Shown here in pieces: positions 48,563 through 57,820 of a stretch of DNA of 64,000 bases (its first letter is position 1; each line of letters opens with the position of its first letter). The stretch comes from Thermoanaerobaculia bacterium (GTDB lineage Bacteria > Acidobacteriota > Thermoanaerobaculia > Gp7-AA8). The notes under the pieces are model-generated. The model ran no database searches. It saw nothing but the letters and a program-made list of their open reading frames with translations, and had not been told where the DNA came from. The translations under genes and the position numbers were made by a program. The stretch covers positions 4,674 to 68,673 of the forward strand of contig JBKJQB010000195.1 of the NCBI GenBank assembly GCA_046594105.1, read 5' to 3'.

Positions 48563-50744
48563 TCTTCCTGCCGCAGTCCCCCTGATTGGCTTCGTTGCCG
48601 GCCTGGCCATCGGTCATCAGCTGGGCACATCGATCGCGTTCTGTCTGGTCGCCGCGTTGCTCTGCGGGATGCGCAGGGTGCGCCTCGCGCTCCTGTGCCT
48701 GGCCATGGCCGGAGGGGTGGCCACTGCCGTTCATCGGGACGCCGTTCGCGCAGCTGACGATCAGACCCTCGCGTCGGTTCCGGCAGATCGCTTCGCGGTG
48801 GTCACCGCGCCGCTGAACCGCGATTGGGCGCGGAACGGCGAGAGCTTCATGCTCCGCTGCGATCGCTTCCAGGTGAGCGGTGAGGACATCCGTCGCTCCC
48901 TGACCATCTACGCGCGGTTTCCGCCGCCGCCGATCGGCATGAGCGGTTCCCTGCGCGCCGAAGGCTTCCTGCGTCGAAGTCTTCGCGGCGAGTCCACCCT
49001 CACCGTGAAATCTCCGACTCTGCTCGCCTACGGCCCCGACCTCGCGCCGTATCTGCCGGGCAGCTGGAATCGCGTTCTGATGATGCGTCTGCGTCCCCAT
49101 GCGGAGCGCTTCCCGACCGAAGTCGCTCTGATCGAGGCGATCGCGCTCGGTCATGGCGAGCATCTCGCGGAAACGGTCCGCTCTGGATATCGTCGAGGCG
49201 GGACCTACCACCTGCTCGTGTTTTCGGGGCTGCAGATCGCCCTTGCGGCGCTGGTCGTCTCCGCCCTGCTGCGATGCCTTCACGCGCCGCGAATTGCCGA
49301 TTGGGCACTATTGATCCTTTCGATCCTGGCGCCGCTCTTCATCGGGCCTTCGGCATCGGTATCGCGAGCTACGGTGGGACTGGGACTCTACGCGCTCTCG
49401 AGAATTCTGCATCGCCCCACCACCCTCGAGAATCTGTGGTGCATTGCGGCCCTGGTGCGACTGCTCGCCGTGCCCGGTGATCTGACTGAGGCGGCGTTTC
49501 ATCTCACCTACGCCGGTTCGGGCGCCATGCTGTTCATCGGCAAGCCTCTGGCTCGGGGGCGTTTCCGGTGGGGAGCATTCGCGGTCGCCGCGGAGCTTGC
49601 CATCACCCCTCTCACGCTCTTCCACTTCCACCAGTACGCGCTCGGCGGATCGCTGATGACGATCGTCATGACGCCGGTGGTCTTTCTCATGCTCTGCGTC
49701 TCGATGGCCACCTGCGTGTTTCCCTGGCCGGCGCTTTTCCATGCAGTGGGAGCGTTGCATTGGGTCTGTACCTGGTTGAACGCGGCAGTGGCAGGAATCT
49801 CCGGCTTCTTCGCTGCGCCCTCCGCCACGATGCTCACCGGGGCGGCGGTCGCAGCGCTGATGGTCATTGCGTGGATGCGGGAGCGGTGGCGCGCGGCGGC
49901 CCTCCTGGCGATCTGCTGCGTTCCTCTGCTCAACGCGGCGGTGGTTGCCACAAGCGATGTGGACCGCCCGCAGTTGACGATCCTCGACGTGGGACAAGGG
50001 GACGCGCTGCTTCTGCGGACGCCCGGCCACGCGGTGCTGATCGATAGCGGAGGGCGGATCGGTGATGATCGTTTCGGAGAGGTAACGCTTCTTCCTCTGC
50101 TGCTCGACCGTGGAGTCCGTCGCCTCGACGGCGCCATCCTGACGCATGCTCATCCCGATCATTGCGGCGGAATGCCGGCGGTGGTCTCGGAGCTCGGAAT
50201 CGACGAGGGAGTCTGGATTTCGCCCCATCGCTTCCGCGGACCGTGTGCGCAGAAGTTGCTCGAAGCCTGCGCCGTTCGAGAGGTCCCCCTTCATCTCGTT
50301 CACGGCGGAGAAGCGCGGAGTTTCGGGGGGATCGCCTTGCGCTTCCGGGTTGCCGGCCGACACTTCAAACGTTCCTCCGAAAACAACGGGTCGGTGGTGA
50401 CCGAGGCGCAGATTGGACCGCGGAGGATCCTGCTGACGGGAGATATCGAGGGGGAGGCTGAGGGAGCCCTGGTGGACGATCTGCGTGCCGCATCGATTCT
50501 CAAGGTGGCCCATCACGGGAGCCGGACTTCCTCGACCGCGGCGTTGCTCGACGTGGTCCGTCCAGCGATCGCCCTGATCTCCTGCGGCCGCGGAAATCTC
50601 TTTGGCCACCCGCATCCCTCGGTGCTCGAAGCGCTGCGCAAACGGGGCATCCGGACCTGGCGGACGGACCGGAATGGCACCATCGACCTCCAGTTTCGGG
50701 GCGCCCACATCTTTGTGCACCCTGAAATTGACACTCCTCGATGA
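48552..50744 (+). CDS. comEC: DNA internalization-related competence protein ComEC/Rec2
   Basis: 730 aa. N-terminal polytopic membrane domain. Competence domain. C-terminal metallo-beta-lactamase fold (LTILDVGQGDALLL, ILTHAHPDHCGG, KVAHHGS). GTG start overlaps the rlmD stop. Confidence 0.8.
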   Translation: MRDDLPAAVPLIGFVAGLAIGHQLGTSIAFCLVAALLCGMRRVRLALLCLAMAGGVATAVHRDAVRAADDQTLASVPADRFAVVTAPLNRDWARNGESFMLRCDRFQVSGEDIRRSLTIYARFPPPPIGMSGSLRAEGFLRRSLRGESTLTVKSPTLLAYGPDLAPYLPGSWNRVLMMRLRPHAERFPTEVALIEAIALGHGEHLAETVRSGYRRGGTYHLLVFSGLQIALAALVVSALLRCLHAPRIADWALLILSILAPLFIGPSASVSRATVGLGLYALSRILHRPTTLENLWCIAALVRLLAVPGDLTEAAFHLTYAGSGAMLFIGKPLARGRFRWGAFAVAAELAITPLTLFHFHQYALGGSLMTIVMTPVVFLMLCVSMATCVFPWPALFHAVGALHWVCTWLNAAVAGISGFFAAPSATMLTGAAVAALMVIAWMRERWRAAALLAICCVPLLNAAVVATSDVDRPQLTILDVGQGDALLLRTPGHAVLIDSGGRIGDDRFGEVTLLPLLLDRGVRRLDGAILTHAHPDHCGGMPAVVSELGIDEGVWISPHRFRGPCAQKLLEACAVREVPLHLVHGGEARSFGGIALRFRVAGRHFKRSSENNGSVVTEAQIGPRRILLTGDIEGEAEGALVDDLRAASILKVAHHGSRTSSTAALLDVVRPAIALISCGRGNLFGHPHPSVLEALRKRGIRTWRTDRNGTIDLQFRGAHIFVHPEIDTPR

Positions 50745-50768
50745 GCGGCTTAGAGTAACTTCCTCTCC

Positions 50769-51095
50769 ATGTCCTCCACACTTTTGCGCATCGGGCTGTG
50801 GATTCTGCTGATCGTGGTCTCGCTCTACGTCATGCGGGAGACCTTCGAGACGGGGCCGTGGGTGGAGTATGTCTCGGCCAATCTCCTGCAGAAGGCGATC
50901 CTGCTCGGCTTGCTGGCCCTGGCGGGCGGCGTGGTTGCCCGGGTCCTGGAAAAAGGGCACAAGGTGGTCACCAAGAACCGCTGCGTGGTCTGCCGGACGC
51001 CCATTGCCTCCGGCGCCATCTACTGCCGCGCGCATCTTCGCGGCGTTCTGCACCGGGAAGAGGACCGCACCCACTTCACCCGGACCCGATCCTGA
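50769..51095 (+). CDS. small membrane-anchored protein with C-terminal zinc-ribbon-like CxxC...CxxH motif
   Basis: 108 aa. Two predicted TM helices, then CVVCRTPIASGAIYCRAH. Confidence 0.45.
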   Translation: MSSTLLRIGLWILLIVVSLYVMRETFETGPWVEYVSANLLQKAILLGLLALAGGVVARVLEKGHKVVTKNRCVVCRTPIASGAIYCRAHLRGVLHREEDRTHFTRTRS

Positions 51096-51112
51096 CGGAA
51101 CCCGCTCCCGGT

Positions 51113-52036
51113 GTGCGTCGTCCGTGGATCGTGATCGCCGGACCGACCGGCTCCGGCAAATCGGTCCTCGCTCTCAAGCTGGCGAAGGGTGTGGGCGGCG
51201 AGATCGTCAACTACGACTCCATTCAGGTGTATCGAGGATTCGACATCGGCAGCGCCAAGCCGAGCCTCGCGGAGCGGCAGGAGTCGCCGCATCACCTCTT
51301 CGACCTCGTGGACGCCGGGGAGGACTACGACGCCTCCCGATTCGCCCGTGAGGCGTTGGGAGTGTGCGAAGAAATCGCCTCCCGCGGTCTCCGGCCGATT
51401 CTCACCGGCGGAACCTTTTTTTACCTGCGAGCTCTCCTTCAGGGACTTCCCTCGATGCCGGGAAGGGATGAAAACATTCGCGCCCGGCTCCGGCGGCTGG
51501 CTGCCCGCCCGCGGGGTCCGCAACATCTGCATCGGTGGCTCTCGAAGGTCGATCCCCGCAGTGGCGCGAAGGTCCCGCCGGGTGACCGGCATCGGGTGGA
51601 ACGAGCGCTGGAGGTGTGGACGCTGACCGGGCAGCCGATCTCGCAATGGGAAGCGCCTTCCTCTCAAAGCGACGGGAAGATCGCCGCGATCAGGATCGGA
51701 CTTTCGCTGTCACGCGAGCGTCTGGTCCCTGCCCTGGAACGACGTGTCGATACGATGTACGCCTCAGGGCTGGTCCAGGAGACGGCCGGGCTCCTGCAGA
51801 AGTATCCGTCGGACGCGCGACCGTTTGCAGCGATCGGATACCGGGAGGCGGTGCAGGTCGTCCGCGGCCTGATCACGGAGGCGGCCGCGATCGCGGAAAC
51901 GAAGAGGCGAACGCGCGGTTACGCCAAGCGACAGATGACCTGGCTGCGCTCGGAGCGCAATGTGCATTGGGTGGATGCCAGCGACCCGGAAGCCGCGCTG
52001 CAGGCCGCACTACGAGTGATCGAGGGACAGGATTGA
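51113..52036 (+). CDS. miaA: tRNA dimethylallyltransferase
   Basis: GTG start. P-loop IVIAGPTGSGKS. DSIQVYRGFDIGSAKP. QRHRVERALEV. Confidence 0.8.
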   Translation: MRRPWIVIAGPTGSGKSVLALKLAKGVGGEIVNYDSIQVYRGFDIGSAKPSLAERQESPHHLFDLVDAGEDYDASRFAREALGVCEEIASRGLRPILTGGTFFYLRALLQGLPSMPGRDENIRARLRRLAARPRGPQHLHRWLSKVDPRSGAKVPPGDRHRVERALEVWTLTGQPISQWEAPSSQSDGKIAAIRIGLSLSRERLVPALERRVDTMYASGLVQETAGLLQKYPSDARPFAAIGYREAVQVVRGLITEAAAIAETKRRTRGYAKRQMTWLRSERNVHWVDASDPEAALQAALRVIEGQD

Positions 52037-52077
52037 GCGTTCGACAGACAGTATTCGCCGCTGCTGCGGCGTTGGTC

Positions 52078-53337
52078 ATGATCCGTTGCGCTTCCACCAC
52101 GGCGCCGATGGCGCCCGCCGCTCCTTCGCGCGCGGAAGATCGATTTCTGATCGACCCGCGGATCGGGTACACGGTCCCGGTGGCGCCGTCGATCGTCAAG
52201 CGCTTCGATGCGGCGTGGCGGGCGTTTCTGTCCGGCGACGACGTCGTCGCCGAAAAGCGGCTGGCGGACCTCCGGACCAAGCAGCCGGACTACGAGCCTG
52301 CCCTTCTGGCGGGCGCGGCCATCCGTTTGCGCCGCGGGGATGTCGAGGCAGCTCGCGCGATCGTCGACGATCTCGTCGCGCGCCAGCCTGGCTACACCGC
52401 CGCACAGGTCTATCAGGCGGAGGTTGCCCTGGCCCGGAAAGAGGTCCGCCGCGCGTGGGAGATCGACCGGGCCGTGGCTGCTCGCGCGGGCGCGCCTCCC
52501 GAAGCGATCGAGCGCGCCGCCGCACTGCAGACGAAGGTGTTCGAACAGTTCTACAACGCAGCGCTGACCGCACCGGCCGACGAGGCCATCGTGCTGCTTC
52601 GCCAGGCCTTGCAGGTCAATCCGGCAGCGACCAGCGCGCGCGTCCTTTTAGCCGGGAAACTCGTTGCCCGGGGACGCTTCGAGGAGGCCAGACCGGAACT
52701 GGCGCCCGTTCTGGGAACCGCCGATGGAGAACGCCCCGAAGTGCAGGAAGCACTCGCCGAAATCGAAGTGAGCTCAGGCCAGTATCAGGAAGCCATCAAT
52801 CGGTACGAGCGGCTCACCCGGCGCGGCGCCAACCCGCGCTACACGATCCGGCTGGATGAGATCAAGGGTCGCTTCGCCGAGGCCAACATGCCTCCGCAGT
52901 TCCGTCGGGCCGTTGAGAGCGACGCCATCACCCGCGGGGATCTGGCAGTTCTGATGTACTGGAAAGTGTCATCGATCCGCTTTGCGCAGAATCTTGCGGC
53001 GCCGCCGATCGCCATCGATATCGGGGAGATCCCCGGTCGCGATGAGATCGTGCGGGCCATCGCACTGGGCATTTATCAGATCGATTCAGTGACGCGCAGG
53101 GTGAACCCGAACGCGCAGGTGAGCGCGAGGGACTTGACGCGCACGGCGGCGCGATTGCTGGTCCTGCGCCGCGCTCCATGCGCCGGCGGATCGGGCGCCG
53201 ACATCGGAGACGGCCGCGCGCAGAAAGTTCTGTCGGGGTGTGTGATCACCGATCCCAGTCTGGCCGGCGCGGAGATGACGGTCAGCGGACGAACCGCAGC
53301 CAGCGTGCTCGATCAGGTTGACCGCGCTTTGAAATGA
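52078..53337 (+). CDS. hypothetical protein with TPR-like helical repeats
   Basis: About 420 aa, Ala/Arg-rich helical repeats. Alternative TTG start at 52031 would add a signal-peptide-like N-terminus (SVRQTVFAAAAALVMIRCAS). Confidence 0.45.
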   Translation: MIRCASTTAPMAPAAPSRAEDRFLIDPRIGYTVPVAPSIVKRFDAAWRAFLSGDDVVAEKRLADLRTKQPDYEPALLAGAAIRLRRGDVEAARAIVDDLVARQPGYTAAQVYQAEVALARKEVRRAWEIDRAVAARAGAPPEAIERAAALQTKVFEQFYNAALTAPADEAIVLLRQALQVNPAATSARVLLAGKLVARGRFEEARPELAPVLGTADGERPEVQEALAEIEVSSGQYQEAINRYERLTRRGANPRYTIRLDEIKGRFAEANMPPQFRRAVESDAITRGDLAVLMYWKVSSIRFAQNLAAPPIAIDIGEIPGRDEIVRAIALGIYQIDSVTRRVNPNAQVSARDLTRTAARLLVLRRAPCAGGSGADIGDGRAQKVLSGCVITDPSLAGAEMTVSGRTAASVLDQVDRALK

Positions 53338-53349
53338 AGCGGGGAACGT

Positions 53350-54006
53350 TTAGAAAAGCGACAGCCTGGGGATGGCGAATCGCTCCCGGATGAGTCTTCG
53401 AAGGTTCGCCTGCTCTGTGCGCGATCGCGTGGCAGCGTCCAGTCGTGAAGTGTCTCCGAGCGAAGCGCGAATCTCTTCACGAAGCTGCTCGAGAATCTCC
53501 GGTGATCCCGCGGTCACGGCATCGAGCATCTCGCCCTCCAGCTCCAGCAGCTTCTCTTCGATTCGGGGGACCGACCTTTCGGCCGCCAGGGTCCGAACGC
53601 GCGCCGCGAACGCCGCCACCGCCGCCGAACCTCGTTCCAGTTCTGAGGCCAGGGCGTCGAGGGCCACCTCGGGGGAGCTCTCCGGGACGGCCTCCGCGCC
53701 GCCGACATAGAGAGTCCTTCGCTCCGACCACAAATCTTTGATCGCGTGCCGGCAGTAGCTCAGGCTGGAGATTGTCTTGCGCCGGCCGCTGGTCTCATTC
53801 CTCTCGAAAACGCTGTCGATGGCCTCGATCACCACAGGCAGCGGAACGCCTTCGTCGTGCCACGATTTCATCAGCGCCCAGTCCTTGGCGGAGAGGATGA
53901 AGGGCGTTCCCCGGCGCAGGGCAAACTGCGCCTCGATCTCCTGAAAGTAGGCGTCCGGCACGGAGCCCGATGCTACAATGGGTGCCCCATTTTTCCGGGA
54001 AATCAT
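53350..54006 (-). CDS. hypothetical protein with DnaD-like (DDBH2-type) features
   Basis: 218 aa. DWALMKSWHDEGVPLPVVIEAID plus SLSYCRHAIKDLW resembles the DnaD-domain Y...I...W signature. The longer listed ORF (to 54717) is antisense to the neighbouring gene and was trimmed to the first ATG. Confidence 0.4.
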   Translation of the reverse strand: MISRKNGAPIVASGSVPDAYFQEIEAQFALRRGTPFILSAKDWALMKSWHDEGVPLPVVIEAIDSVFERNETSGRRKTISSLSYCRHAIKDLWSERRTLYVGGAEAVPESSPEVALDALASELERGSAAVAAFAARVRTLAAERSVPRIEEKLLELEGEMLDAVTAGSPEILEQLREEIRASLGDTSRLDAATRSRTEQANLRRLIRERFAIPRLSLF

Positions 54007-54009
54007 TTG

Positions 54010-55653
54010 ATGGTTACAGGTTCCGCGCACGCCGAGGTCACGATCTACTCCCCTCTGTTTTCGCCCTTCCGGCAGCAGCTGCAGGGCGCCAGCAATTCCA
54101 TCGGGCGTGCCTCCGACTGCTCCATTCCCATCAAGGACCGCTACCTGTCGCGCAAGCACGCGGAAATCGTGGTAGCAGGCGGGGAGTGGGTTCTCAAGGA
54201 CTGCGGCAGCGCGAACGGAACGTACATCAACGGCTCGCGAGTGGAACGGGACCATCGCCTGCACAACGGCGACCGCATCCGGCTGGGCGACACCGAGATC
54301 CTTTTTGAGACCTCCGAACACAACACCGACCGCATTCTGGCGGTGGCCGATCGTCCGGCCAGCACCACCATCGCCATCCCCGTCCACGACAGCGACATCA
54401 AAGCGGATACCGGTGATCTGTCGCGGCTGAGGATCCTCAATCAACTGGCCCGCGAGCTGATCGAAGACCGTCCGATGGACCAGCTGTTCGGCTTCATCGT
54501 CAGCAGGGTCCTCGAGCACACCGGAGCGTCGCGGGCGGCCATCGGTCTGCTGGGGTCGGACGGTGAGTCCTTCTACAATGTCGAAGTCCGCAGGCAGGAT
54601 CCCTCCGACACCTCGGAGCTGGTCATCAGCCGGACGGTCCTCGATGACGTAGTGAAGGCGAAACAGGCTCTGGCGTTCATGGACGTTTCCGGCGACGAGA
54701 AGCTCAGTCGTGCGCATTCGATCGTCATGCAGGGAATCCGGGCCATCCTTTGTGCGCCGCTGACGATCGGTCCGAACGTGGTCGGCGTTCTTTACGTCGA
54801 TTACCTTTTCACCCAGCGCGCGATCTCCGAGGAGGATGTGCGACTGGTGGCGCAGATCGCCCGGTTTGCCGCCATCAAACTGGAGACGACCCGCCTTCGC
54901 GACGAGGCCATGGAGAAGCGCTTCATCGATGAGGAGCTCAAGACCGCCTCAGCCATCCAGCGCGGATTGCTTTCCCCCGCGCCCACCGGGGTCGCCGGAT
55001 ACACCTTTGCCGCGGCCAATCACCCATGCCGCACGGTCAGCGGCGATTACTACGATTTTGTGCTCCGGCCGGACGGAAAAATCTACTTTGTGATCGCCGA
55101 CGTCAGCGGGAAAGGGATCACCGCCGGACTGATGATGGCCGGGCTGCAGGCCTCTTTCCGGATCCTCTGCAAAAGCGATCCGTCGCCCGCGGAACTGGTC
55201 TCGCAGCTCAACGTCGCCCTCAAAGAAAATCTCCCGCAGTCGAAGTTCGTGACGCTGTTCCTCGGGCGCCTCGATACGCTGAGCGGTGCCGTGGAGTATG
55301 CGAACGCGGGACACACGCCACCCCTCTGGATCCGCGGCGACGGCGTTTCGGAACTTTCCGAGACAGACGTCGTTCTCGGCATTGTGACCCGTGCCGGATA
55401 CAGCAACCGGACGTTGCAACTCGAACCAGGCGACGCGCTGGTTCTGTTCACAGATGGCGTGAGCGAGGCGGAGAACGATGATGGGGAAGACCTCGGCTCC
55501 CGAGCGATGGCCCCCGCCCTGGCCGCGCTGCACGGGGCTCCTGCCGGCGAGATCTCCGCGGCCGTGGAGCGGCAGGTGCTTCATCACGTCGGAGACTCCA
55601 CGCTGGATGATGACGTGACCCTCGTCGTGGTCAGCCGCGATCAGCGGGCATAG
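54010..55653 (+). CDS. FHA - GAF - PP2C (SpoIIE-type) serine/threonine phosphatase
   Basis: 547 aa. FHA motif IGRASDCSIPIKDRYLSRKHAEI...GSANGTYINGSRV. Central GAF. C-terminal PP2C motifs SGDYYDF, FVIADVSGKG and FTDGVSEA. Confidence 0.8.
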   Translation: MVTGSAHAEVTIYSPLFSPFRQQLQGASNSIGRASDCSIPIKDRYLSRKHAEIVVAGGEWVLKDCGSANGTYINGSRVERDHRLHNGDRIRLGDTEILFETSEHNTDRILAVADRPASTTIAIPVHDSDIKADTGDLSRLRILNQLARELIEDRPMDQLFGFIVSRVLEHTGASRAAIGLLGSDGESFYNVEVRRQDPSDTSELVISRTVLDDVVKAKQALAFMDVSGDEKLSRAHSIVMQGIRAILCAPLTIGPNVVGVLYVDYLFTQRAISEEDVRLVAQIARFAAIKLETTRLRDEAMEKRFIDEELKTASAIQRGLLSPAPTGVAGYTFAAANHPCRTVSGDYYDFVLRPDGKIYFVIADVSGKGITAGLMMAGLQASFRILCKSDPSPAELVSQLNVALKENLPQSKFVTLFLGRLDTLSGAVEYANAGHTPPLWIRGDGVSELSETDVVLGIVTRAGYSNRTLQLEPGDALVLFTDGVSEAENDDGEDLGSRAMAPALAALHGAPAGEISAAVERQVLHHVGDSTLDDDVTLVVVSRDQRA

Positions 55654-56426
55654 CGGGCCAGAAAGTCCGCAAACAGTGGCTCGATCGCCGCGGACGCCGC
55701 AGAAAAGATTCGATCGGCGTGATAGTTCCCCGGGATGTCGATCACGTGCAGTTCCTTCGGCTCGTTCGCGGCCTCGTACAGTGCGACGGAATGCCGATGA
55801 TGGACCAGCCAGTCGTTCTTCACATGCAGCAGGCAGAGGGGGAGGCGGACGTTCGCGATGTCGTCGAGCGCCCGGATCTTGGAGCTCCTCCGTACCCGCC
55901 AGTCGAACTTTGGCCGGCGCAGGACCTGCGAAAACGCAATGTGCCGATGGATGGTCAGCAGGTTGATCCTCGGCGCCAGCATCGAGAAATCGGCGACCGG
56001 GGATACCAGCAACAGCGCGGCGAGGGGCAGATCGGGATGGCGGGCAGCGGTGGACACGGCGACGGCGCCCCCGTAGGAAAAGCCGATCAGGACGAAGCGG
56101 TCGACCGCCGCCGTAGCGCGAAGGTCCGCGACCACTGCAGCGATATCGTGGTGCTCGTGGAGGTTGAACCCGTACGTCCCCTCGCTATCGCCGTGACCGC
56201 GCGGGTCGACCACCGCCGTGTGGTAGCCGGAGCTTTGGAGGTGGCTGGCCAGCCGGATCATGGAGGGGTGCTTCCGGTCGCGCCAGAAGCCGGGGATCAC
56301 CACGATCGCAGAACGCGACGAGCCGTCGTACCGATCGTAGTGAATGTTTGTTCCATCGAACGAAGGGACTCTTCGCGAGGTGGGCGGTGCGGGGAGCGCA
56401 GGAACGAGGTGCGGAGTGCTTGACAT
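55641..56426 (-). CDS. alpha/beta hydrolase
   Basis: 261 aa. Nucleophile elbow GFSYGG (GxSxG). HGDSEG. Confidence 0.7.
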   Translation of the reverse strand: MSSTPHLVPALPAPPTSRRVPSFDGTNIHYDRYDGSSRSAIVVIPGFWRDRKHPSMIRLASHLQSSGYHTAVVDPRGHGDSEGTYGFNLHEHHDIAAVVADLRATAAVDRFVLIGFSYGGAVAVSTAARHPDLPLAALLLVSPVADFSMLAPRINLLTIHRHIAFSQVLRRPKFDWRVRRSSKIRALDDIANVRLPLCLLHVKNDWLVHHRHSVALYEAANEPKELHVIDIPGNYHADRIFSAASAAIEPLFADFLARYAR

Positions 56427-56525
56427 TGCCGGCGGCGTTGACGACTATAGCCCCTCGCGAGCAGGGCGTTCACATCTCCCCCTACAGCGGAAGTGCCATT
56501 CAACCCCCCCAGGAGCCTGATCACG

Positions 56526-56774
56526 ATGAAGAAGTGGCCCATTCCTGCGCTGGTGGCGCTGTTGGCAATCTGTCTGTGCGCGGGTTCCTGCAAGCGGCAG
56601 GAGAACGCGAACACCGATACCGCAGTCACGGAAACGGGAGTGACGAGCGCGACCGTGGCCGCGGAAACGCTCACGGCAACGACGGCATCGAACTCAGCAG
56701 TGGTCCCCAACGCGACCACTGCGACGCTCACCCCGGCGGCAAGCCAGGGCACGCCGAGCAACACGACGAGGTAA
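56526..56774 (+). CDS. small Thr/Ala-rich lipoprotein (paralog 1 of tandem family)
   Basis: MKKWPIPALVALLAICLCAGSCKRQENANTD: signal peptide plus lipobox, then low-complexity T/A-rich tail. Confidence 0.5.
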   Translation: MKKWPIPALVALLAICLCAGSCKRQENANTDTAVTETGVTSATVAAETLTATTASNSAVVPNATTATLTPAASQGTPSNTTR

Positions 56775-56824
56775 GGCCCTGATGTCTCCATGCATGGTGT
56801 TGCCCCGATTTACGAACGAGAGTT

Positions 56825-56840
56825 ACCGGTCTCGACCGGT
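56825..56840. promoter_or_regulatory. 16-bp palindrome ACCGGTCTCGACCGGT upstream of Met-rich lipoprotein genes (candidate operator)
   Basis: Perfect dyad apart from the central base. It lies in the unusually AT-rich 180-bp region between lipoprotein paralogs 1 and 2, about 115 bp upstream of the paralog 2 start. Confidence 0.35.
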
Positions 56841-56954
56841 GGTTAGAGATTCTCAACAGTTACGCAAGGAGGTGAGGTAGGCACCCCCCATCGACGATTT
56901 CAACAGCGTTACCGTCGAAGTTTCACGAATTCACGAAAAAAGAGGAAATACAAA

Positions 56955-57311
56955 ATGAAGAAGACAATCCTGGTTCTCCTGACCGTCGCTGCAGTGGCCG
57001 TGTTCAGTTTCGGTTGTAAGAACGAGAGCAACACCAACAACGTCACCGACACCGGTGCCGCGATGACCGACACGATGTCGTCGACCAGCAGCACGATGAT
57101 GACCGACACCGCCGCCACCGGCACCACCGGCACCATGAGCACCGACACGGCGATGGGAACCTCTACCTCCGCCATGCCGAGCGGCACCATGACCGACACG
57201 TCGGGCACGATGATGACGAGCACGACGGCGACGTCGACGTCCGGCACCACCATGACCACCACCTCGGGCACCACCGGCACCACCGTGATGTCGAAGACCA
57301 AAAAGCATTAA
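56955..57311 (+). CDS. Met/Thr-rich lipoprotein (paralog 2)
   Basis: MKKTILVLLTVAAVAVFSFGCKNESNTNN lipoprotein signal. Mature part has about 12% Met and 40% Thr with MTDT/TMM repeats. Ends KTKKH. Strong RBS AAGAGGAAA. Followed by an intrinsic terminator. Confidence 0.6.
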   Translation: MKKTILVLLTVAAVAVFSFGCKNESNTNNVTDTGAAMTDTMSSTSSTMMTDTAATGTTGTMSTDTAMGTSTSAMPSGTMTDTSGTMMTSTTATSTSGTTMTTTSGTTGTTVMSKTKKH

Positions 57312-57337
57312 GCAGTCTGATTTCGATCAGGTTCGGA

Positions 57338-57368
57338 ACGCCCCGCCTCGTGCGGGGCGTTTTTTTTG
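57338..57368 (+). terminator. intrinsic terminator after Met-rich lipoprotein paralog 2
   Basis: ACGCCCCGC-ctcgt-GCGGGGCGT hairpin followed by TTTTTTTT. Confidence 0.85.
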
Positions 57369-57478
57369 CCGACGAGACTTGCCAGGTGGATGGGATGGCA
57401 TACAGGTTGCTCTGTATCGGCTCACGTTTGTCCGCTTTTGGGCAAGCGGAATATCAATCATGTAAAGAAGAGGGACAA

Positions 57479-57820
57479 ATGAAGAAAAATGTAATGGTTC
57501 TCCTGACGGTCACCACCCTGGCGCTCTCCAGCTACGCCTGCAAGAACGAGACGAACACCAACAACACCGACACGGGCGCCGCGATGACAGACTCGTCATC
57601 CACGTCGTCCACCATGTCCATGACCGACTCGTCCGGCACCGCGATGACGGGCACCATGAGCACCGACACCAGCATGATGTCCACCGACTCGACCGGCACG
57701 GGCATGATGACCACCACCGACACCACTGGTACCGGCGGCGCCATGGCAACGACTGGAACCATGGGGTCTGTCTCCACCTCCACCGTCACCAAGACCAAGA
57801 CGACCACGAAGAAGCACTAA
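57479..57820 (+). CDS. Met/Thr-rich lipoprotein (paralog 3)
   Basis: MKKNVMVLLTVTTLALSSYACKNETNTNN lipoprotein signal. 11 Met in about 95 mature residues. Ends TKKH. Followed by a near-identical terminator. Confidence 0.6.
   Translation: MKKNVMVLLTVTTLALSSYACKNETNTNNTDTGAAMTDSSSTSSTMSMTDSSGTAMTGTMSTDTSMMSTDSTGTGMMTTTDTTGTGGAMATTGTMGSVSTSTVTKTKTTTKKH

Noticed and set aside
49308-51074. 588-aa minus ORF
   Set aside because: Antisense to comEC.
56909-57308. Minus-strand ORFs (130 aa and 125 aa) and 57510..57817 minus ORFs rich in Val/Pro or Gly/Arg
   Set aside because: Antisense translations of the Met/Thr-rich lipoprotein genes. The plus-strand genes have signal peptides, RBS and terminators.
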